Shown here piece by piece: positions 14,919 to 22,160 of a stretch of DNA of 64,000 bases. The DNA is taken from IMG/VR virus record IMGVR_UViG_3300033073_001248, positions 1 to 64,000 of that record. One strand, 5' to 3'. A program made the translations under genes and the position numbers. Positions within the stretch are counted from its first letter, which is position 1, and every line of letters starts with the position of its first letter. The stretch comes from a virus. Its lineage: Duplodnaviria > Caudoviricetes. Below the pieces are notes generated by a model, which was not told where the DNA came from, ran no database searches, and saw nothing but the letters and a program-made list of their open reading frames with translations.

Positions 14919-15809
14919 TTAGGGCAGTTTATTGTCCTGTTAGGCGGCTTGCCGTTTAACGAAGAATAAGTGCAGTGATGCACCCAAAGGAGGTAAGCCT
15001 ACGCAACTCCGCTGGCAACAGTTCGTGTAAACAAGCCTGCTCACTACCGCGAGGTAGCGTTCACTGAAAAAACCGGTGGATGTAACAGCAAAGCTGATGT
15101 AGTGGAAAGAACGGTGATCGACTAGCCCGCAAGGGAACTAGGGTCAGCGGAAAGTAACAGGTGGTGCTGACTTCACTACAAAACCAATCAGTTAGTTGGT
15201 ATGAGAAAGGGTAGTGTTAGGATCCGAGGTGTCGCAACCAAGGGTTCTAGCGCAATGTTAATGGTCAGTGGCACCGTCGTGAGACAGTGACACAGGTCGT
15301 GAAACATTACTGAGTAGACCGCGAGTCAAAAGGTATTTGGTGAGTTGTATACTGTATGCCAAAAGCATATGGAGCAACTGAGGCAGCTCATCAAGGTAGG
15401 TTGCAACGTAGATCAATTGGTAGATCGTCTGTCTTCTAAACAGGATGTTGCGGGTTCAAATCCCGCCGTAATAAAAATGCAAAGACTGCCTCGGTTATCG
15501 GTGAAAAGCATCTAATGCTTGACACGCAAGTGAATCAAGTCCGCGGAGGCTCGCAAGGCTGAAGTGGTTTGTACTGGAAGTTTCGTAAGGTGTTAGCGCA
15601 CTTGAATGGCTCGCAAGGTCAACGGAGAATAAGGTACAGAGTAGCTGATAACGACTGGCCTACTGCCTGGCCATAAAAACGGCGATGCTGGTAACAGACT
15701 AGGTTACATAGTGATATGGACTTAGTGGATGTCGAGAGAAGCTGTGCTCGCAAGGTGCAGTATAATGCTCGAGGTGTTACTGGCTAAAGTGTAATCTCAG
15801 CTTTAGCAC
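14919..15809 (+). ncRNA. GOLLD-like large ornate RNA
   Basis: About 890 nt with no ORF in the track; own promoter; dense hairpins with many CGCAAG loops; GGTGGTGCTG, TGAGTAG, AAAGACTGCCTC and 3' TAATCTCAGC recalled from GOLLD; next to tRNAs. Confidence 0.75.
15402..15474 (+). tRNA. tRNA-Arg(TCT)-like domain embedded in the GOLLD-like RNA
   Basis: Intact D (GATC/GATC), anticodon (CT-TCT-AA) and T (GCGGG-TTCAAAT-CCCGC) arms; acceptor stem has 2 mismatches and no CCA. Confidence 0.75.
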
Positions 15810-15871
15810 TATTCTAAAACACATTACTAAGAGTCCAGGTTAAGAGCGTGGCATAGTGTGTTTCAGAATAG
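15809..15871 (+). repeat. carrier-stem element 6
   Basis: CTATTCTAAAACACATTA ... TAGTGTGTTTCAGAATAG, 27-nt insert. Confidence 0.8.
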
Positions 15872-15889
15872 TCTTCGATAGGAGTCTCT

Positions 15890-16264
15890 ATGAAAATCAC
15901 AGAAGATCAATTTAGGTTTGAGTGGTTTTCCGGTACAGGTAAAGGTGGGCAACATCGCAACAAACACCAAAACTGTTGCCGTTGCATACATGAACCAACT
16001 GGAATTACTGCTAACGGCACTGCCAGTCGTAGTCGCGAAGATAATAAACTAGCGGCATACAATACTTGCAGAGCTAGAGTGGCTGCACACTTTCACAAAG
16101 ACAAAGAGCGTGGCCTTGCAGGTACAGAACGAATTCGTACATATCATGAACCCGACAACAGAGTTGTTGATCACGCCAGTGGCTTGACTGACACTTACAC
16201 TAATGTCGTAGTAAAAGGTGATATAGAGGATATGATCACTGCTCGCGCACGAGCAGTTAGATAA
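15890..16264 (+). CDS. minimal class-I release-factor-like peptidyl-tRNA hydrolase (GGQ domain; ArfB/PrfH-like)
   Basis: SGTGKGGQHRNK..C.RCIHEPTGI; C-terminal ERIRTYHEPDNRVVDH resembles the RF1/RF2 C-terminus; AGGAG SD. Confidence 0.85.
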   Translation: MKITEDQFRFEWFSGTGKGGQHRNKHQNCCRCIHEPTGITANGTASRSREDNKLAAYNTCRARVAAHFHKDKERGLAGTERIRTYHEPDNRVVDHASGLTDTYTNVVVKGDIEDMITARARAVR

Positions 16265-16268
16265 GAAC

Positions 16269-16465
16269 GTGCCGCTTAATCAACGGCTAGTCCGACCCGG
16301 ACGATAGGAAGTGGCTTGATCACCACGGGTGGTAGTCTTTAAACCAAAAGGCCGCTGGCAATGCGATAACGGTCCCGGTCGGGAAGCGGGTGGAGGCTGT
16401 GCGTGATGGGGTTGGGGTTTCCTGGCTCTTGATGCAGTATAATTACCGCCGCGGGGCGCAGAGCA
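16269..16465 (+). ncRNA. candidate GC-rich structured ncRNA
   Basis: High GC relative to flanks, no ORF in the track; TCCGACCCGG/CCGGTCGGGA, GTGG/CCAC and GCGGGTGG/TTACCGC pairings. Confidence 0.5.
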
Positions 16466-16669
16466 TTATTTTTGCTGTTCTTTTAATAGTTCTATGCGAT
16501 TTAAAATCACTTCTCTAGCATAGAAATCGTCGTGAAGTAAATACATTAGTAGAGCAGTCAAGATGCCCCTTTGGTAAGCTAAAAGCTCGCCCGAAGATGA
16601 AAACAATTTTTTATTAGTATATAAATCTAAGTATTCATTTATAGTATCAAATGCTTCTTGATTGGTCAT
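16466..16669 (-). CDS. hypothetical protein (67 aa)
   Basis: AT-rich ORF inserted antisense within the array. Confidence 0.5.
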   Translation of the reverse strand: MTNQEAFDTINEYLDLYTNKKLFSSSGELLAYQRGILTALLMYLLHDDFYAREVILNRIELLKEQQK

Positions 16670-16686
16670 ACTTTATTTAATTAATT

Positions 16687-16761
16687 GCCCTGTTAGTTCT
16701 AGTGGTAAAACATCGGTTTTGTAATCCGAGGTCGGGTGTTCGATTCACCCCCAGGGCACCA
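16687..16761 (+). tRNA. tRNA-Thr (TGT)
   Basis: TT-TGT-AA loop, cloverleaf, CCA. Confidence 0.9.
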
Positions 16762-16843
16762 TAAACAGTGTACAGGCACTTTTCAAATCCTGTCTTTGTG
16801 TGTTACCGAGCATTGCTCCTACTCGGAAGAGTATCGGTATAAT

Positions 16844-16917
16844 GCGGGATTAGTTTATTGGTAAAACAGAACCTTGCCAAGGTCCAGTGACCAGTTCGAT
16901 TCTGGTATCCCGCTCCA
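16844..16917 (+). tRNA. tRNA-Gly (GCC)
   Basis: GCGGGAT/ATCCCGC stem, TT-GCC-AA loop, TCCA end. Confidence 0.93.
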
Positions 16918-16923
16918 TTTAAT

Positions 16924-16998
16924 CCGTCCTTAGTTCAATGGATAGAATACCGTGCTTCGAACTCGGGGGTGGAGGTTCGATTCCTTCAGGACGGGCCA
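16924..16998 (+). tRNA. tRNA-Arg (TCG)
   Basis: CCGTCCT/AGGACGG stem, CT-TCG-AA loop, GCCA end. Confidence 0.9.
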
Positions 16999-16999
16999 G

Positions 17000-17194
17000 T
17001 CAATAACTGTCTGTGCCTCTTACACTACCCCAATAGTTTTTCATATCAACTGTAAGTTTAGGCCAGTCTTCAACTGTTTCAGCCTTAAACTCAGCGACCT
17101 TAGGTTTTGCATCAGCCACAAATTCATAGTCTTGACTTTGCCGGCCTGTATATTGAGCTGTAAACTCTTTTGTTATTGTCCATGGTGTAAACAT
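17000..17194 (-). CDS. hypothetical protein (64 aa)
   Basis: ORF exactly fills the gap between two tRNAs. Confidence 0.5.
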   Translation of the reverse strand: MFTPWTITKEFTAQYTGRQSQDYEFVADAKPKVAEFKAETVEDWPKLTVDMKNYWGSVRGTDSY

Positions 17195-17204
17195 ACAGTA
17201 TTTA

Positions 17205-17279
17205 CTCGCCGTAGTTCAGTGGATAGAACAAGACACTCCTAAGGTCAAAACGGCTGTTCGATTCAGCCCGGCGAGACCA
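17205..17279 (+). tRNA. tRNA-Arg (CCT)
   Basis: CTCGCCG/CGGCGAG stem, CT-CCT-AA loop; weak anticodon stem; CCA. Confidence 0.82.
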
Positions 17280-17280
17280 T

Positions 17281-17357
17281 GCCCAGATGGCGGAATTGGT
17301 ATACGCACCTCTCTCAAAAGGAGACTGTTGAGGGTTCGAATCCCTCTCTGGGTACCA
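17281..17357 (+). tRNA. tRNA-Leu (CAA) with short variable loop
   Basis: Leu-type D arm (GGCGGAATTGGTATACGC), CT-CAA-AA loop, variable region only about 5 nt, ACCA end. Confidence 0.85.
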
Positions 17358-17358
17358 T

Positions 17359-17432
17359 GCTCTTGTAGTTAAATGGCATAACACATTCTTGGTAAGAATG
17401 AATAGATGGTTCGATTCCATCCTAGAGCACCA
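17359..17432 (+). tRNA. tRNA-Thr (GGT)
   Basis: TT-GGT-AA loop, cloverleaf, CCA. Confidence 0.92.
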
Positions 17433-17457
17433 ATAAATATTTTTTTAGGAGATCATA

Positions 17458-17637
17458 ATGATGACAACCAAACCACAAACTTTTAAAAACTATGTCAATC
17501 AAGAAGTGTGGATCTGTGACGATCCTAAAAAGACCAAAGTGATTGACAATGTAACTTATGTTACAGTGCATAAGCCCGACAGCCGTCGTATGGTCATGAT
17601 GCGTCGTGACAGCTTGCAGCCTGTAAAACAAAAGTAA
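17458..17637 (+). CDS. small hypothetical protein (59 aa)
   Basis: AGGAG SD; MMTTKPQTFKNYVNQEVWICDD...; not in the ORF track. Confidence 0.65.
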   Translation: MMTTKPQTFKNYVNQEVWICDDPKKTKVIDNVTYVTVHKPDSRRMVMMRRDSLQPVKQK

Positions 17638-17688
17638 TACTTGCTTAAATTACCAAATTCTGTTATAATATCAACTTAGGAGTATTCT

Positions 17689-18180
17689 ATGCCTTGGATT
17701 GAAAATGTCAGTATGAAAGATATTGCGGCTGGCCGTCATAATAATGCTGGCACTAACAGTATGTTGATTCAAATTGTAGATCCTGCGGTAGAATTTCCTG
17801 CTCCAAAACATTCTTTTAAAGAAGTCCATCAATTTGAATTTCTTGACGCTGAAGTAAACGATCGTTACCCCGACGAAGCCAAATGTACAGACGAACAAGC
17901 TGCGACTCTGACTCGCTTATTACAACACGCATTGGATAATGATATGAATGTGGTTGTACACTGTCATGCTGGTGTTTGTCGGTCGGGTGCTGTATGTGAA
18001 GTTGGTGTTATCATGGGATTTACAGACACTGAAAGTTTTCGTAGTCCTAACTTGTTGGTCAAGCATAAGATGATGAAAGCCTTAGGATTGTCATATGACG
18101 AAAATGAACTGCATACAATCAACGGTGTTACTACAGATTGGGGTTTTGTTATTCCTAAGTCTCACAAAGGTAATAAATGA
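17689..18180 (+). CDS. Cys-based (PTP/dual-specificity) phosphatase
   Basis: VVVHCHAGVCRSGA matches HCxxGxxRS. Confidence 0.85.
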   Translation: MPWIENVSMKDIAAGRHNNAGTNSMLIQIVDPAVEFPAPKHSFKEVHQFEFLDAEVNDRYPDEAKCTDEQAATLTRLLQHALDNDMNVVVHCHAGVCRSGAVCEVGVIMGFTDTESFRSPNLLVKHKMMKALGLSYDENELHTINGVTTDWGFVIPKSHKGNK

Positions 18181-18497
18181 ACAAAGTAGTTCGCGATGGT
18201 CTTGTAGCAGTATTGTACAGTCCTGGCTATGGTGCCGGGTGGTACACATGGAATATCGGTCTTGATTTTGACAGTCTTGAACTTATTTTTGATCCAGGTC
18301 TTGTTTCTTTGGTAGAAGAAGGCGATCAAGAAAAAATTCTAGCGTATGCCACACTCAAATGGCCAGATGCTTGTTTGGGAGGTCTTGAGGACCTACACAT
18401 CCAATGGCTTCCTGAAGGCACTGAGTTTAGAATTGAAGAAAATGATGGATCGGAAGTTGTACTAATCATTGACCAAATAGATTGGATTGTAGCATAA
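18177..18497 (+). CDS. phage hypothetical protein
   Basis: VAVLYSPGYGAGWYTWN...FRIEENDGSE; ATGA overlap with the upstream gene. Confidence 0.65.
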   Translation: MNKVVRDGLVAVLYSPGYGAGWYTWNIGLDFDSLELIFDPGLVSLVEEGDQEKILAYATLKWPDACLGGLEDLHIQWLPEGTEFRIEENDGSEVVLIIDQIDWIVA

Positions 18498-18507
18498 AGG
18501 AAATATA

Positions 18508-18801
18508 ATGGCTATCAAGTTTCCAGTGTCAACACCTACGCCTTTGTATGACTACACTCTGCGGTATAATAAACTGCATGAAGAAAGAATCATCAAGCAC
18601 CGTAATTGGCAAAACAATTGGCAAGACTTTTATGAAATGAAAATGAAGCAAGTTCAAGAAAGTCATAGAATCGCCAAAGCAGAATTAAGACGAGCTGAAC
18701 TAGATCAAGTACACCAGTATGAAGTTTTAGACAAAAGACATGCATACGCTAACTACCAGTATATGTTCTATGTAGGCACAAAATTTGATGTTTATATTTA
18801 G
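18508..18801 (+). CDS. hypothetical protein
   Basis: AAGGA SD, 97 aa. Confidence 0.6.
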   Translation: MAIKFPVSTPTPLYDYTLRYNKLHEERIIKHRNWQNNWQDFYEMKMKQVQESHRIAKAELRRAELDQVHQYEVLDKRHAYANYQYMFYVGTKFDVYI

Positions 18802-18810
18802 GAGGCTATT

Positions 18811-19398
18811 ATGCCCACAACTTTTGTAATTTCAGACACGCATTTCGGGCATGAAAAAACCTGTACAGTGTTTAAGCGTGAAGATGGTTCACCACTGCGT
18901 CCTTTTGCGTCAGCTGAGGAAATGGATGAAGCCATGGTAGAGCGTTGGAACGCTAGGGTTCGACCCAACGACAAAGTCTACCATCTAGGCGATGTTGTGA
19001 TTAACCGTAAATCTTTACACATTCTGCATCGCTTAAACGGTGACAAAGTCTTAATCAAAGGCAACCACGATATCTTTAAACTCACTGACTATACAGAACA
19101 CTTTAGGGATATTCGTGCTTACCATGTGCTGAACGGCATGATCTTTAGCCATGTGCCTGTGCATGAAGAAAGCCTTGCTCGTTTTGGCTGCAACATTCAT
19201 GGACATTTACATGCTAACCGTGTTATGATGGTAAAGCACAATGGAGCTACCCCAGAAATAGATCCCAGATACTTTTGTGCCTGTGTTGAACACACAGACT
19301 TTGCTCCTATCAGTCTTGAAGAAATCGGGGACCGAATTAGAGCACAAGGCGGTCATGTGGGGTTTAAAAACGGTAACGGTCCTATCGCAGTTATGTAA
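18811..19398 (+). CDS. calcineurin-like metallophosphoesterase
   Basis: SDTHFGH, HLGD, KGNHD, SHVP, HGHLH. Confidence 0.9.
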   Translation: MPTTFVISDTHFGHEKTCTVFKREDGSPLRPFASAEEMDEAMVERWNARVRPNDKVYHLGDVVINRKSLHILHRLNGDKVLIKGNHDIFKLTDYTEHFRDIRAYHVLNGMIFSHVPVHEESLARFGCNIHGHLHANRVMMVKHNGATPEIDPRYFCACVEHTDFAPISLEEIGDRIRAQGGHVGFKNGNGPIAVM

Positions 19399-19405
19399 AT
19401 ACACT

Positions 19406-19519
19406 GAGCAGACCCATTAAACTCGCAAGAGACGACACTCTGCTTCCGCGGCGCACGAAACATGGGATGGGCTGTGCGTCCGGGGTTGGTAGTAATCCTG
19501 TCACCTAGAAAACTACCTT
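19406..19519 (+). ncRNA. candidate pseudoknotted leader RNA / sRNA upstream of a radical SAM gene
   Basis: Follows TAAATA (19396-19401); GAGCAGA/TCTGCTT, CCCAT/ATGGG, GCGCAC/GTGCGT, CTC-GCAA-GAG and GGTAGT/ACTACC pairings. Confidence 0.5.
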
Positions 19520-19530
19520 ATACCTTTTTT

Positions 19531-20988
19531 ATGTTTTCCACAGATTATAAAGATTTAGTTATACTATCAGGCGCTAATAACGATCCATTTTTCTATGCTT
19601 TTACAAGTCAAGAATATAAGGATTTGTCAATCGTTCCTACTATCCCGCATAGGTTAATTGGACCTTACAAAGTTGGTCATCGTGCTAGATTAGCTGGATA
19701 TTCATGTCAGGTAGTAGATTTTTTTAATTACATTCCAGAAGAGCAGCTACAACAAATTTTAGATAGATTTGTAGGACCTAATACTATTTTAGGAATAAGT
19801 GTTACACACTTATTTTTTAGCGATAACATTACAAATGATCCAGTTGTTCAAAAATTATTAAGAACAGCAATGTATGTAAGAAAAAAACACGGTAATAAAA
19901 TTTTAGTAGGGGGATATAATTCTCCTAAATGGAAAAACTTTTTTAACGCAGAATTTGTTTTAGAAGGTAAAACAGAAAATAGTGTAATTAATTTTTTAAA
20001 TTCAAATTTTAATCACGGAATTAACAAAGCTGTAGTTCCATCGTGGGATATTACTTCGTGTGATTTTAAATGGCATATAGATGATCGCATTGTGCCTCAA
20101 GAAACATTGCCGTTAGAAACTTGCAGAGGATGCATATACAAATGTAGATTTTGTAGATTTGAAGGCATTGGCAAAAAACGCGGAACCTATGTGAGAGATA
20201 TGTCACTTATAAAAGACGAATTAGTAGAAGCTTATGAAAAGTTTAATGTTACTAATTATCAGCTTTTAGATGATACTTTTAACGATGACATAGAAAAAAT
20301 TAAAGACTGGCATAAAATGGCTTCAAACTTGCCGTTCAAGTTAAAATATGCTGCTCATATAAGAGGTGACCTAGTTGAAAAATTTTCAGATTCTGCTCAT
20401 TTGTTAGCAGAATCAGGTCTTTATGGTTGTCATATAGGAGTAGAAACCCTACATCCTGTGGCAGCAAAGGCTATTGGAAAAGTATGGTCGGCTAAAAGAG
20501 CTAGAGATTACTTGCCCAGTCTTAAAGAAAATTCTTGGTCCGATGTTAACATAAGTGTAAATGCTATGGTAGGCTTACCAGGAGAAGACTTTCGAAGTGT
20601 TCATAGTATGTTCCGCTGGATTGTAGAACATAAATTTTCAACTGTGTTTTACCCTTTGCATTTAATAAACGCCAAAGAGACTGAATCTGAAACATTTAGC
20701 GAGTTTGATTTAGAAGCCGAAAAATACGGCTATAAATTCGATAAAGATTTAGAATGGGTAAGCCCTATTACAAATAGTTTAGAAGCCAGGAAAATAGCTA
20801 AAATTTTAAACTCTAAATCGGCCCATTTAACTCCAGCGGATTCTTGGGACAGTAATCTATTTGAAGGCCTGGGTATTCAACAGAAGACAGTTTTGGAAAT
20901 GTCTAAAAAAGAGTTGTTTGACAGCGCAGACCTAAGAATCGGTATTACCAAATTTATAAATAAATATATTAACAGTTTTCAAAGTTAA
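19531..20988 (+). CDS. B12-binding-domain type radical SAM protein
   Basis: ETCRGCIYKCRFC, DDTF, GVET; N-terminal flavodoxin-like GISVT...ILVGG. Confidence 0.82.
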   Translation: MFSTDYKDLVILSGANNDPFFYAFTSQEYKDLSIVPTIPHRLIGPYKVGHRARLAGYSCQVVDFFNYIPEEQLQQILDRFVGPNTILGISVTHLFFSDNITNDPVVQKLLRTAMYVRKKHGNKILVGGYNSPKWKNFFNAEFVLEGKTENSVINFLNSNFNHGINKAVVPSWDITSCDFKWHIDDRIVPQETLPLETCRGCIYKCRFCRFEGIGKKRGTYVRDMSLIKDELVEAYEKFNVTNYQLLDDTFNDDIEKIKDWHKMASNLPFKLKYAAHIRGDLVEKFSDSAHLLAESGLYGCHIGVETLHPVAAKAIGKVWSAKRARDYLPSLKENSWSDVNISVNAMVGLPGEDFRSVHSMFRWIVEHKFSTVFYPLHLINAKETESETFSEFDLEAEKYGYKFDKDLEWVSPITNSLEARKIAKILNSKSAHLTPADSWDSNLFEGLGIQQKTVLEMSKKELFDSADLRIGITKFINKYINSFQS

Positions 20989-21000
20989 TAAGGATTTTTT

Positions 21001-21282
21001 ATGTATACAAAACTAACTATAACGAAATCAATCGACGGATTACACAGTCCTTCGTATTCTGATTTATTCATAGAAGCAGAAGCTTTTTTGAATTCTCTGC
21101 TAGCTGAAAATAAAACAGATGGAGTTCTTGAGTATGTTTATTTACAAGACAATTCTAACAACATTGAATGTAAAAGAAAATGGGTAGATCAGCAGGCCGC
21201 CCAAGAATGGTTAGATGGTATAGGGGCCATACATAGAAAATATAATGCTTATTTTGAAATTGTAGAAATTCAAGACATTTAA
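21001..21282 (+). CDS. hypothetical protein
   Basis: 93-aa ORF, AAGGA SD. Confidence 0.6.
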   Translation: MYTKLTITKSIDGLHSPSYSDLFIEAEAFLNSLLAENKTDGVLEYVYLQDNSNNIECKRKWVDQQAAQEWLDGIGAIHRKYNAYFEIVEIQDI

Positions 21283-21338
21283 AAAATCCGTATCACGCAA
21301 AATAAATACAAGGTAGCTTACGCTACCTTTTTTTGTTT

Positions 21339-22160
21339 ATGAATCTTATAAAATTTTTAGATCCAGACATCATATTTTCCAAACACTCAGATAAAAAAAT
21401 CAAACTAATAATATTAACTGCTTATGCCTTAAGTATCTTTTGGTTTTTTACTTCTGGATTACCTTGGTATTTGATGCTGATTTGTTTTTATTCATCAGTT
21501 TTAATCTTAAGATTGGGTGCTGAAATTGGCTATCATAGATATTTTGCACACAGGAGTTTTGAAACAACAAAACTTAAAAAATATCTATTATTGTTTTTAG
21601 GTTCTATTTTGGGCGTAGGTAGTTGCTTATCATGGACTGCTGTACACAGGACTCATCATAGATTTAGCGATTTGGATAATGATCCACACAGTCCCAAAAA
21701 TATAGGAATATTAAGAGTGTGGTTTACATTTTGGGACAATAATTGGCATGTTGATCCTGCTATAATAAAAGATATGTTAAGAGATCCTTATCAAATGTTT
21801 ATACACAAAAACTATTTCAAACTTTTAATAGCATGGATAACCTTATTGGTTTCTGGGTCTATGTTAACAGAATCTATGGTACCCATAATGATAGGATTTA
21901 TTTTACCTTGTGCTACAACCAGTTTTTTCAGTGGAATTACAAATAGTCTAGGACACACCGTTGGGTATAGGAATTTTGAAACAAACGACTCTAGTACAAA
22001 TCATCTTTTTATCCGTTGGTTATTTGTAATAGTGGGCCTACACAACAACCATCATTATAAACCAACAGCATGGAATTTTAATTTATTAAATCGGTGGTGG
22101 GAATTTGATCTTGACGCAGTGATTATAAAACACTTTTTTATAAAAAAATTATATGTATGA
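21339..22160 (+). CDS. membrane fatty-acid (delta-9-like) desaturase
   Basis: His boxes YHRYFAH, HRTHH and HNNHH; hydrophobic helices. Confidence 0.9.
   Translation: MNLIKFLDPDIIFSKHSDKKIKLIILTAYALSIFWFFTSGLPWYLMLICFYSSVLILRLGAEIGYHRYFAHRSFETTKLKKYLLLFLGSILGVGSCLSWTAVHRTHHRFSDLDNDPHSPKNIGILRVWFTFWDNNWHVDPAIIKDMLRDPYQMFIHKNYFKLLIAWITLLVSGSMLTESMVPIMIGFILPCATTSFFSGITNSLGHTVGYRNFETNDSSTNHLFIRWLFVIVGLHNNHHYKPTAWNFNLLNRWWEFDLDAVIIKHFFIKKLYV

Noticed and set aside
14919-15809. rRNA fragment, RNase P RNA, tmRNA or group I/II intron
   Set aside because: No recognisable rRNA helices, no GAGGAAAGUCC, no alanyl tRNA-like ends with tag ORF, and no intron core or flanking exons; a GOLLD-like RNA fits better.
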